DNA of 63,440 nucleotides, filler included, from Guillardia theta CCMP2712 (GCF_000315625.1; 6 parts of 6 records of this genome joined end to end with filler, not necessarily neighbours in it); one strand, 5' to 3'; counted from the whole stretch's first letter, positions 49,935 through 61,180 are shown. Notes: generated from the letters alone by a model not told the origin. Made by a program: numbers and translations.

Positions 49935-50882
49935 ATGTCGGAGCGAACTGCCGAGACCTCGCAGAGGCTGGGACACGGCGCCCAGCATGCGGCGATTCTA
50001 CTGCAGAAGGAGAATCTCAAGATGAAGTACGAGAACAACGAGCAGGAGCAGAGGATTACACGGCTGACAACACAGGCGAAGAAGCTTGAAGAAGAGATCA
50101 AAGTGAAGGAAAAGAAGCAAGGAGCCGCGCCTCGAGTCGGGAAGGGCGACAGAAAGAGTGTGATGGCTGAGCTGGAGGAGAAGATCCGAGCTGTGGAGAA
50201 GAAGAATGAGGGGATGAAACGCACGATTCTCCTCACTCTTCATTCCTCCGACGGCGGGAGGGCGGGAGGGAGGGGGAGCAGGGGGGAGAGAGGCAGCCCG
50301 TCTGTGCGGTTCGACTCGAAGCCCTCGCTGTTGGATGGAGTGAGTGATGAGGAGCAGAGGAAGGTGATTGATACTCTCAGGGTGGAGCTCGAACACTGCA
50401 CACAGAGGTTGCATGCGATCCGAAGCAGCTTGTCAGGTTCCTCCACCGCTGCAATGATGAAAGAGAAAGAGAACTTGGTTTCTTCCCTAGAGGAAGTGAA
50501 GCAGAAGGGAAAGGAGGTAGCGGCCAAGGTCACGATCCTAGAGAGCAGGCAGGAGAGAACGATCGCGGCGTTCAAGGATGAGCAGGATAAGCACGACAAG
50601 ATGGTGGAGGAGCTGGAGGAGCTAAAGTCACAGCTGCGGGAGCAGCAGGATGCTGTGCAGCTCCTATGGCGCGAGAAGAATCTCTTGGAACTGCAGGTGT
50701 CAGATGCCGGAGCGATGGAGAAGGGGCTGGAGGAAGTGAGGAGGGAGGTGGCGAAGCTGGAGGAGGAGAATGAGCAGCTGCGATCGAGAGCGTTCAACGC
50801 AGGATCGGTCAAGGTGACGGTCAGGATGAAGGCCGGGACATTCCGTGCCCTGTCGGAGGAGAATGCGAGGCTGAAGCAGCAG
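49935..50882 (+). CDS. Coiled-coil protein resembling the RPGRIP1L/MKS5 N-terminus, truncated by gap
   Basis: LQKENLKMKYENNEQEQRITRLTTQ and ELEEKIRAVEKKNEGMK resemble RPGRIP1L coiled-coil motifs. Confidence 0.55.
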
Positions 50883-50926
50883 NNNNNNNNNNNNNNNNNN
50901 NNNNNNNNNNNNNNNNNNNNNNNNNN

Positions 50927-50938
50927 TTAATTAATTAA
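50927..50938. other. Assembly linker TTAATTAATTAA inside N gaps (also near 21573, 57454, 59209, 61292)
   Basis: Identical 12-mer centred in N runs; gives stops in all six frames. Confidence 0.95.
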
Positions 50939-50982
50939 NNNNNNNNNNNNNNNNNNNNNNNNNNNNNNNNNNNNNNNNNNNN

Positions 50983-53900
50983 CCGGGTCACGGACCCTGT
51001 CAGCCGCTGACATGTCACGGGCTGCTGACACGTCGCTGACCGGTCACGCAGCAGAGAGATCAGGCCCCGGCCAATCTCCGGACACTTAGCTCTGGCGGGC
51101 CTCCAGGTGGTCTGAGTCGGGGCTGAAGGCTGCAGTCGGTCTACTGACGGGCCCGGCCGGCAGGATCCGTCGAGAAACAGGGGGGTCAAGGGAGGTTTTC
51201 TTCCCCCTGGGAGAAATGTCCTATGGGTTTTTGGATCTGCGATATAAAAAAGTCTTGTCTCGGTCACGTGATGTGTCACGTGACCGGTCAGGTGAGCCTG
51301 TCAGCCGGGTCACGGCCCCTGTCAGCCGGCTGACATGTCACGGGCCTGCTGACACGGTCCGCTGACCGGTCACGGCCGCCCGGAGAGATCAGGCCCCCGG
51401 CCAATCTCCGGACACTTAGCCTCCTGGCGGGCCTCCAGGGGGTCTGAGGCGAGGCTGAAGGCTGCAGTCGGTCTACTGACCGGCCCGGCCGGCAGGATCC
51501 GTCGAGAAACAGGGGGGTCAAGGGAGGTTTTCTTCCCCCTGGGAGAAATGTCCTATGGGTTTTTGGATCTGCGATATAAAAAAGTCTTGTCTCGGTCACG
51601 TGATGTGTCACGTGACCGGTCAGGTGAGCCTGTCAGCCGGGTCACGGACCCTGTCAGCCGGCTGACATGTCACGGGCCTGCTGACACGGTCCGCTGACCG
51701 GTCACGGCCGCCCGGAGAGATCAGGCCCCCGGCAATCTCCGGACACTTAGCCTCCTGGCGGGCCTCCAGGGGGTCTGAGGCGGGGCTGAAGGCTGCAGTC
51801 GGTCTACTGACGGGCCCGGCCGGCAGGATCCGTCGAGAAACAGGGGGTCAAGGGAGGTTTTCTTCCCCTGGGAGAAATGTCCTATGGGTTTTGGATCTGC
51901 GATATAAAAAGTCTTGTCTCGGTCACGTGATGTGTCACGTGACCGGTCAGGTGAGCCTGTCAGCCGGGTCACGGCCCCTGTCAGCCGGCTGACATGTCAC
52001 GGGCCTGCTGACACGGTCCGCTGACCGGTCACGGCCGCCCGGAGAGATCAGGCCCCCGGCCAATCTCCGGACACTTAGCCTCCTGGCGGGCCTCCAGGGG
52101 GTCTGAGGCGGGGCTGAAGGCTGCAGTCGGTCTACTGACGGGCCCGGCCGGCAGGATCCGTCGAGAAACAGGGGGGTCAAGGGAGGTTTTCTTCCCCCTG
52201 GGAGAAATGTCCTATGGGTTTTTGGATCTGCGATATAAAAAAGTCTTGTCTCGGTCACGTGATGTGTCACGTGACCGGTCAGGTGAGCCTGTCAGCCGGG
52301 TCACGGACCCTGTCAGCCGGCTGACATGTCACGGGCCTGCTGACACGGTCCGCTGACCGGTCACGGCCGCCCGGAGAGATCAGGCCCCCGGCCAATCTCC
52401 GGACACTTAGCCTCCTGGCGGGCCTCCAGGGGGTCTGAGGCGGGGCTGAAGGCTGCAGTCGGTCTACTGACCGGCCCGGCCGGCAGGATCCGTCGAGAAA
52501 CAGGGGGGTCAAGGGAGGTTTTCTTCCCCCTGGGAGAAATGTCCTATGGGTTTTTGGATCTGCGATATAAAAAAGTCTTGTCTCGGTCACGTGATGTGTC
52601 ACGTGACCGGTCAGGTGAGCCTGTCAGCCGGGTCACGGACCCTGTCAGCCGGCTGACATGTCACGGGCCTGCTGACACGGTCCGCTGACCGGTCACGGCC
52701 GCCCGGAGAGATCAGGCCCCCGGCCAATCTCCGGACACTTAGCCTCCTGGCGGGCCTCCAGGGGGTCTGAGGCGGGGCTGAAGGCTGCAGTCGGTCTACT
52801 GACCGGCCCGGCCGGCAGGATCCGTCGAGAAACAGGGGGGTCAAGGGAGGTTTTCTTCCCCCTGGGAGAAATGTCCTATGGGTTTTTGGATCTGCGATAT
52901 AAAAAAGTCTTGTCTCGGTCACGTGATGTGTCACGTGACCGGTCAGGTGAGCCTGTCAGCCGGGTCACGGACCCTGTCAGCCGGCTGACATGTCACGGGC
53001 CTGCTGACACGGTCCGCTGACCGGTCACGGCCGCCCGGAGAGATCAGGCCCCCGGCCAATCTCCGGACACTTAGCCTCCTGGCGGGCCTCCAGGGGGTCT
53101 GAGGCGGGGCTGAAGGCTGCAGTCGGTCTACTGACCGGCCCGGCCGGCAGGATCCGTCGAGAAACAGGGGGGTCAAGGGAGGTTTTCTTCCCCCTGGGAG
53201 AAATGTCCTATGGGTTTTTGGATCTGCGATATAAAAAAGTCTTGTCTCGGTCACGTGATGTGTCACGTGACCGGTCAGGTGAGCCTGTCAGCCGGGTCAC
53301 GGACCCTGTCAGCCGGCTGACATGTCACGGGCCTGCTGACACGGTCCGCTGACCGGTCACGGCCGCCCGGAGAGATCAGGCCCCCGGCCAATCTCCGGAC
53401 ACTTAGCCTCCTGGCGGGCCTCCAGGGGGTCTGAGGCGGGGCTGAAGGCTGCAGTCGGTCTACTGACCGGCCCGGCCGGCAGGATCCGTCGAGAAACAGG
53501 GGGGTCAAGGGAGGTTTTCTTCCCCCTGGGAGAAATGTCCTATGGGTTTTTGGATCTGCGATATAAAAAAGTCTTGTCTCGGTCACGTGATGTGTCACGT
53601 GACCGGTCAGGTGAGCCTGTCAGCCGGGTCACGGACCCTGTCAGCCGGCTGACATGTCACGGGCCTGCTGACACGGTCCGCTGACCGGTCACGGCCGCCC
53701 GGAGAGATCAGGCCCCCGGCCAATCTCCGGACACTTAGCCTCCTGGCGGGCCTCCAGGGGGTCTGAGGCGGGGCTGAAGGCTGCAGTCGGTCTACTGACG
53801 GGCCCGGCCGGCAGGATCCGTCGAGAAACAGGGGGGTCAAGGGAGGTTTTCTTCCCCCTGGGAGAAATGTCCTATGGGTTTTTGGATCTGCGATATAAAA

Positions 53901-56900
53901 AAGTCTTGTCTCGGTCACGTGATGTGTCACGTGACCGGTCAGGTGAGCCTGTCAGCCGGGTCACGGACCCTGTCAGCCGGCTGACATGTCACGGGCCTGC
54001 TGACACGGTCCGCTGACCGGTCACGGCCGCCCGGAGAGATCAGGCCCCCGGCCAATCTCCGGACACTTAGCCTCCTGGCGGGCCTCCAGGGGGTCTGAGG
54101 CGGGGCTGAAGGCTGCAGTCGGTCTACTGACCGGCCCGGCCGGCAGGATCCGTCGAGAAACAGGGGGGTCAAGGGAGGTTTTCTTCCCCCTGGGAGAAAT
54201 GTCCTATGGGTTTTTGGATCTGCGATATAAAAAAGTCTTGTCTCGGTCACGTGATGTGTCACGTGACCGGTCAGGTGAGCCTGTCAGCCGGGTCACGGAC
54301 CCTGTCAGCCGGCTGACATGTCACGGGCCTGCTGACACGGTCCGCTGACCGGTCACGGCCGCCCGGAGAGATCAGGCCCCCGGCCAATCTCCGGACACTT
54401 AGCCTCCTGGCGGGCCTCCAGGGGGTCTGAGGCGGGGCTGAAGGCTGCAGTCGGTCTACTGACGGGCCCGGCCGGCAGGATCCGTCGAGAAACAGGGGGG
54501 TCAAGGGAGGTTTTCTTCCCCCTGGGAGAAATGTCCTATGGGTTTTTGGATCTGCGATATAAAAAAGTCTTGTCTCGGTCACGTGATGTGTCACGTGACC
54601 GGTCAGGTGAGCCTGTCAGCCGGGTCACGGACCCTGTCAGCCGGCTGACATGTCACGGGCCTGCTGACACGGTCCGCTGACCGGTCACGGCCGCCCGGAG
54701 AGATCAGGCTCCGGACACTTAGCCTCCTGGCGGGGCCTCCAGGGGGGTCTGAGGCGGGGCTGAAGGCTGCAGTCGGTCTACTGACGGGCCCGGCCGGCAG
54801 GATCCGTCGAGAAACAGGGGGGTCAAGGGAGGTTTTCTTCCCCCTGGGAGAAAGGTCCTATGTTCCAGCTCTCCTACATCTATTACAGGAAGCTCCAGGA
54901 CCTCTACCTCACCAGCGAGGTCTACAACGGCTACGCCCACGCCGACGACAACTCGTACGACAACAACTACAAGATCTCGCTCACCGACCCCGTGCCGATG
55001 GACAACGGCAGCTACCCCTCCCTGACGGGCATCACGGACCTGTTCCAGCAGGTGGAGAGCTACATCATGAGCGGGGACATCCAGAATGGCTACTTCCCCC
55101 CGAACTCGGGCGTCAACCGCACGGAAAAGGCCCTGAGGTCCTTCTCCATGACGTCGCAGGGCAGCGGCTTCCTCACCCTTGGCTCCTCGTACTTCGACGC
55201 CTCCCTGGGCGTGCTGCAGTACACGCTGCCGAATCTCGCCTCCAGCTTCCTGAACAGCGACCTCGACCGTATCCTGGCGAGCGTGCTGCAGTCGGACGAG
55301 ACCCTGGAGGACTGGACCTACAACGGGCTGCAGTACGAGTACAGTGCTTTCCAGAGCTACTCCTCCCTCGCGGACAACGCCCGGGGGGTGATGCGGCAGA
55401 CCAAGTGTCTCAACGTGAAATTCATCACGAAAGAGCCCGACGTCTCGCAGAACTTCATCGACCCGGTGGTGCAGCTCTGTGCTATCGACGGCTCCTGCCG
55501 CTCCGTGGACATCTGCCCCTCCGCCCCGAGCTACGACGCGAGGACGGGCCAGAGCTGCGACCTGCTGCACGACTCGCTCAACGACAACTGCACCACCAAG
55601 TACGTCCACCTCATGGAGTACCTGAGCGGGCAGGGCATCGTGATGCAGACGCACTGCAAGCAGGACCTCTTCGTCCGCGATTTGTACACCAACCCCTCCC
55701 TCACCGTCCAGCAGGTCTCCAACATCGACCTCCCGACGGCCAACCCCGCCGGCACCATCTGCCTCCGCACGGACTCGACCTGCCTGCAGGACAAGGGGCT
55801 GGGCGGCGCTTCGATCGACGTGAGCGCGGTGCGGTCCACCCTCGGCGTGGACGTCTACACCTTCTACCGCCCGATGACCGACTACAGCGGCGACCCCAAC
55901 TCTGACACCTTCTACGGCGAGCTCTACCAGAAGAACTCCACGGGCTGGTACCCGGCCTGGATCGACTGCTACAACGTCTCGGGCCTGAACAAGTCGCGGC
56001 TGATGTCCTGGACCGGCTGGGACCCTGCGCGGGTCGCCGCGGTGAAGGACACCCTTCTCGGGCGGGAGCATGGCTACGGCTCCACCCCCGACCTCAGCGT
56101 GCTGGGCCGCGAGGCGGTGTGGAGCGACGCCTCCTACCGCCCCACGGGCTTCAGCTACCGCTGCGGGACGTCGTCCTGCGTGGGCAGCAACGGGGAGACG
56201 GTCCAGTGCCCCGGGGGGCTGTGCAACGTGGCGGTCCAGGGCGCCGCGGTCCACGCCGTGGCGGTGGCGCTGAGCAACAGCTCGGTCTACTTCTGCGCCA
56301 GCGGGGTGGCGGAGGCGCTGGTCCTGTGCCCCGCCCGCCTGACGAACGACAGCGTGCTGGTGGAGGTGAGGAACAACCTCTGGTACTGCAAGGCCGACTG
56401 CCAGCGCGCCGTGCTGCTCAAGTACATCGGCAAGCACTCCTTCCGGTACAGGACGCTGGTGGAGGGCGTGCTGGGCTTCACCGCCTCGGACCGGAACCAG
56501 ATCGGGCTCAGCCCGACGAGCAACGCGGCCAACGGGTACTCGCAGAAGGACGCCTTCCGGCTGGTGCACTGGCTGGTCTCCAGGCAGGTGCTCGGGTCGG
56601 GCAAGGCCCTGCCGGGTGCCATCTACAACAGCTTCTGGACGCCGCCCGACGGCTTCAGCTCCACCTACATGTCGCGGCACTCGCTCTACCCGTACACGAC
56701 CCTGACCCTCTACGACTACGTCAACTACGTCTCGCAGGCGGCCACGATGCGGAGCCAGCCGCTCTCGACCTGCATCAACCAGCCCGTCACGATCAACAAC
56801 TGCGACAACCAGCACACCACCAGCCTGGCCTCCTGTGTCTCCGCCCTGAAGCGCGCCTCGGCCTACACCGCCGGGCCGGGCGAGGCGGTGCTGGTCCGGC

Positions 56901-57409
56901 TGACGGCCCTGCAGCTCACCTCCCCGTACCTGATGCACTGGGCCGACGCCAGCAGGCCCTCCCGTGACCAGTTCGTCGACTGGCTGCTGAGCCCCACCCG
57001 CTGCGCCGAGACCCTGCAGTCCGAGGCGGTGTGCTAAAAAAAAAAAACACTTAGCCTCCTGGCGGGCCTCCACTGGCAGGGGGTCTGAGGCGGGGCTGAA
57101 GGCTGCAGTCGGTCTACTGACGGGCCCGGCCGGCAGGATCCGTCGAGAAACAGGGGGGTCAAGGGAGGTTTTCTTCCCCCTGGGAGAAATGTCCTATGGG
57201 TTTTTGGATCTGCGATATAAAAAAGTCTTGTCTCGGTCACGTGATGTGTCACGTGACCGGTCAGGTGAGCCTGTCAGCCGGGTCACGGCCCCTGTCAGCC
57301 GGCTGACATGTCACGGGCCTGCTGACACGGTCCGCTGACCGGTCACGGCCGCCCGGAGAGATCAGGCCCCCGGCCAATCTCCGGACACTTAGCCTCCTGG
57401 CGGGCCTTC
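50983..57409. repeat. 332-bp GC-rich tandem array (~11.7 units, insert, ~1.1 units); both ends in gaps
   Basis: Unit starts (tcaggtgagcc) at 51288, 51620, 51947, 52279, 52611, 52943, 53275, 53607, 53939, 54271, 54603 and 57261; units nearly identical. Confidence 0.98.
54860..57037 (+). CDS. 725-aa intronless Cys/Tyr/Ser-rich ORF inserted in the tandem array; probable captured fragment of a larger gene
   Basis: Uninterrupted ORF with near-exclusive C/G third positions; ATG coincides with the repeat's gtcctATG; stop is T plus an A12 run. Confidence 0.85.
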   Translation: MFQLSYIYYRKLQDLYLTSEVYNGYAHADDNSYDNNYKISLTDPVPMDNGSYPSLTGITDLFQQVESYIMSGDIQNGYFPPNSGVNRTEKALRSFSMTSQGSGFLTLGSSYFDASLGVLQYTLPNLASSFLNSDLDRILASVLQSDETLEDWTYNGLQYEYSAFQSYSSLADNARGVMRQTKCLNVKFITKEPDVSQNFIDPVVQLCAIDGSCRSVDICPSAPSYDARTGQSCDLLHDSLNDNCTTKYVHLMEYLSGQGIVMQTHCKQDLFVRDLYTNPSLTVQQVSNIDLPTANPAGTICLRTDSTCLQDKGLGGASIDVSAVRSTLGVDVYTFYRPMTDYSGDPNSDTFYGELYQKNSTGWYPAWIDCYNVSGLNKSRLMSWTGWDPARVAAVKDTLLGREHGYGSTPDLSVLGREAVWSDASYRPTGFSYRCGTSSCVGSNGETVQCPGGLCNVAVQGAAVHAVAVALSNSSVYFCASGVAEALVLCPARLTNDSVLVEVRNNLWYCKADCQRAVLLKYIGKHSFRYRTLVEGVLGFTASDRNQIGLSPTSNAANGYSQKDAFRLVHWLVSRQVLGSGKALPGAIYNSFWTPPDGFSSTYMSRHSLYPYTTLTLYDYVNYVSQAATMRSQPLSTCINQPVTINNCDNQHTTSLASCVSALKRASAYTAGPGEAVLVRLTALQLTSPYLMHWADASRPSRDQFVDWLLSPTRCAETLQSEAVC

Positions 57410-57509
57410 NNNNNNNNNNNNNNNNNNNNNNNNNNNNNNNNNNNNNNNNNNNNTTAATTAATTAANNNNNNNNNNNNNNNNNNNNNNNNNNNNNNNNNNN
57501 NNNNNNNNN

Positions 57510-58795
57510 CTGACGATGCTGGACCTCGGCTGAAACGGCTGCATGACCCCTGCCCCATCATCACGCGACTGACCCGGGCTGAGCAGGCTCTACCTGGACC
57601 CACAACTACCTCAACGGGACGGTGGACGAGCTCAGTGAGCTGACAAGGCTGGAGAGAGGTGAGACATCAGCAACAGCGAGTTTGAGGGGGGCAAGGAACC
57701 CGGCTGATCCCCAGGATCAGCGACGAGGTAGAGAGGCAGTTCCTTGCCAACAGCGCGATCCCCCCCGCGAGCATGGCAGCCTCCCTCCTCCTCCTCGCTC
57801 ACCCTGAGAGAGTGGAGCAGAGGCAGCTGCAGGAGCAGATGTCGGGCCTGAGGACGGAGCTGCTGTCCCGTGGTTTCCACGTGCTCGATGGTGGGAACAT
57901 CTTGCAGGACATGCAGAGTGCGGCACAGGTGCTCGACAAGTTCGTGAGGACGGAGGAGGAGGGCGGGAAGAGCTGGTTGAGGGTGCAGGAAGAGGAAAGG
58001 GCCTTCTCCCTCATGGCCCTCCACTACCTGAGGAGCTGCCTGCTCTCGGTCTTCGCGCAGGACGGTTTGCTCTTGTTCTCCCTCATCTTCTCCTCTCCTC
58101 CCTCCTCCGCTCCTCCTCCTCCTCCTGCCTCTTCCTCCTCTGCTCCTCCTTCCCCGGCCCACCCTCTGGATCGACTAGGAGGCGTGTGGGTGAGCAGGGA
58201 GGAGGTGGGCCGGCGGTATGCGGAGCTGAGGCCAGTGTGGGAGAACGAGGTCGTGTTCAGGCGAGGAGGCGGGAAGGAGGAGGACATCGAGGAAGCGGTG
58301 GTCCTGCTGAGGAGGAAGAAGCTGCTGGTGGAAGGGGAGAGAAAGGAGCTGCAGCTCAACCTCGCAGGGGGACAGAGCAAGCAGCACTGGCAGCTGGTCT
58401 CCTCCCTCTTCTCCGGGATCCTCGTCGGCTACTGGAGCGTGCTCCTCCAGGTCGTCCTGGCCAGGAAGGGACTGCTGCTGCTCCCGCTGGAGGACGAGAA
58501 GCGCTGCATGCTCAGGATGCGGGAGAATCTCCAGCTGCTGCGGGACAAGAGGATCCTGGCAAGGGACGTTCCTGTCTCCACCGACACCCTCAGCAACGCT
58601 CTCCGCCTCCTTGTGCGCGAGCGCTGCCTTCTCCGAACGCCTCCTGCTGACAAGACGAGGGCAGCGAGCCTCGCCCTCGGGGAGGAGGCGACGGTCCTGG
58701 GCCTGTGGCAGCTGGGCTCGGGCTGGGGACCGGAGGACGCGAAGCGGAAGAGCCTGGAGGAGCTGGCGAGTGTCTTTGCGTCCTCAAAGCTCTAG
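57510..58795 (+). CDS. Glycerol-3-phosphate/DHAP acyltransferase (GPAT/GNPAT) C-terminal region, 5' part in gap
   Basis: SMAASLLL, LRTELLSRG, MALHYLRSCLLSVF (cf. L.YYRN.LLH.F), LWENEVVF-like motif, VSTDTLSNAL. Confidence 0.65.
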
Positions 58796-59602
58796 AGCCA
58801 TCGATCTGTCCTTGTTAAACTTCTCTTATTGAAAAATTACCTCCTCCTCCTCCTCCTTATTAAACACTGATTTCCTCCTCCTCCTCCTCCTCCTCCTCCT
58901 CCTGTTAATCAAAAATCGCCTCCACCTCCTCCTCACCGTGCCAGCCTGGCTTCCGCGGCCCGGGCCGCGGCGTCAGCCGGGCCCGCCTGGTCCCGTGTCA
59001 CCGAGTGTAAGTGATTGGGGACCATCCAGGATCTCAGGTGGGCGGGCGGCCGAGACGGCGCTCGGAGTAACGGGAAAGCTTCGGCGCCCGGGACTGGGTC
59101 GCAAGACTCAGTAAGACTTAAGCGCCTCCAACGACCGGTCGTTGGTCAAGGGCGACACCGGTTCNNNNNNNNNNNNNNNNNNNNNNNNNNNNNNNNNNNN
59201 NNNNNNNNTTAATTAATTAANNNNNNNNNNNNNNNNNNNNNNNNNNNNNNNNNNNNNNNNNNNNACTGGTCACCAGTCAGTCACAGTTGTATTCCGTCAG
59301 TGATTTTACAGCATCAATATGTCTGTGACAGGGACGGTGTAGCCCGGGAGTCCCGGCAGTTACGTTTCCCAGGCTGGCACTGAACTCGGAACTCGGCCCG
59401 GACTCCGGGACTCAGTGAAAGCCGGGCCCCGGCGGCCCGCCCGGGACTCCCGGTAGTAAAAACTGAGTCCGCTGAACCTGACAACGGAAAGTCAAGACCA
59501 GTCAAGGCAGCATGGTGGGAGGGACTCTGGAGAACTCTGGAGAGGGGACTGACGACAAGGCCGAGCTGAGAAGCCTGCATGGGAGCTGAATGAGAAGATC
59601 GA

Positions 59603-60403
59603 TTGCCAGACATGCCGACAGTTCGCTTTCAGTTCACAACTCTAGAGCAGAAGAGATCCAAGGCTGCTGGGGTTGTTGCGAGGGCATGGAGGAGTCACAG
59701 GGCCAGGATGATCTACCGAGAGGTCAAGTTGCTGAAGGAGCAGGAGCGTCTGCTGGCAGAGCAACGCGATCGGAACATCCAAGAAGCTGAGGTCAGATCC
59801 GAAACCTTGCATAAGGTCTGTCCCTGTTTCCCCCCGCTCATTGTTGCCGCAGGAGTTTGCTAAGGCCAGGAGGGCCAAGGAGAGGAACAAGCGATCTCAC
59901 AAGATCTCTAGAGCCCACAGGACGCCTGACCTCAACGAGATCCTCACTGGGAGCCTTGGAGGGCAGCTGGAAGACGCTGAGGAGGGAGGAGGATACGACG
60001 TGTTGAAACCTTCGTGGGGCCTCGATATCCCGAGGGTTGCGCTACCGAGTCTCTACTCTAAGATGAAGGAGAGGATAATGAGATACAACACTCCAGGCTT
60101 CATCAGCTTCTCCAAGATGGACGAGGATGGCATGTTGAGGTCTAGAAGCAGGGTGTACAGAGAGCCTGTTCGGACGAAAACCAAGTTTCCGTCTCTCAAC
60201 GCCTCCCCGAAGCTCCACTGGCAAGGTTTGGGGGGTCCCTGGTGCGTCTGTTGTTCTCTGGTGAATGTTCTTGCAGTTCCTGTCGAGTACATTGAGACGT
60301 TTGCTCCGAGCTTCGAGGTGTTGAGATCTGTGTTTGACGATGAGACTGCCGAGGGGCAGTTTGATGAATTGATCAGGTAGGAAGATACTTAGCCTCTTCC
60401 TCT

Positions 60404-60438
<35 letters not shown>

Positions 60439-61180
60439 TTCCTCTTCCTCCTCGTCCTCGTCCTCCTTCTCCTCGACATCCTTTCGCTCCTCGTCTTCTT
60501 CTTCCCCAACTTCCCTCTCTTTGTTTGCTGCCGATGAGTTCTGCAATCGTTTCAGAGCTCAAGAGTTTGCTGATGCAGCCGCGTTGATTGAGCTGCAAGG
60601 AAATTTCGCCATCGACGAACTGATTTGTTTTGTGTCTGGTTGTATTGGACCTCAACTTCACTGTAAGTGATGGTTTGCATATCAGGGGAGCAAGAGAACG
60701 AACAAAGAAAAGAGGTAGAGATGTTGCTGATGTTTGACAAGAGAGGTCGAACGATGTTTGTTGCAGATAGAGAGACGAATGCGTTCTTGCTGCTGTCTCA
60801 TGCACAGAAGCTGTGTGAACGGATGGCGAGTTTGATGGAGGAGGATGAAGAGGAAGGTTACAGCAGCTCGTCAGAGTCTGAACGGTCTGTTGATGAGCAG
60901 AGGGAGAGGAGGGAAGGGGAGGGGAGGGGAGAGCAGAGGAGAAAGAGAGGGGAGGAAGAGAGAGGAGGGGAGGGGAGGGGAGAGAGGATGAGAACGAGAG
61001 GGGAAGAGGAGAGAGGAGGGGAGGGGGGAGGGGATGATATCATGATGGGACGGTGATTGTGTTTGTTCTTATAAGATCTCGGAGCAAGACAAGGAAAGGA
61101 CCAACACTTTCTCGTCAACCATCTGGCGTGTCGTTGATCGCCTGGGTTAATGACGCAGCTTCGCAATATCATTACATGTA
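59603..61180 (+). CDS. Hypothetical multi-exon protein with IQ-like motif
   Basis: AAGVVARAWRSHRAR and several coding-like exons with GT-AG borders; ends approximate. Confidence 0.5.

Noticed and set aside
50983-51946. Single-base deletions in the first and third array units as real variants
   Set aside because: Mostly homopolymer shortenings near a contig end; likely sequencing error.
51288-54594. Repeated 107-aa minus-strand ORFs (MTHHVTETR...)
   Set aside because: By-product of a GC-rich repeat: non-ATG start, no coding bias, broken in some units.
50983-54859. CRISPR array or hammerhead retrozyme
   Set aside because: No unique spacers between units and no cas genes; no CUGANGA core on either strand of the unit.
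50983-54859. 5S rRNA or tRNA tandem genes
   Set aside because: No recognisable 5S sequence, cloverleaf or A/B boxes.
54719-57073. 784-aa antisense ORF
   Set aside because: Shadow frame of the high-GC3 plus-strand ORF.
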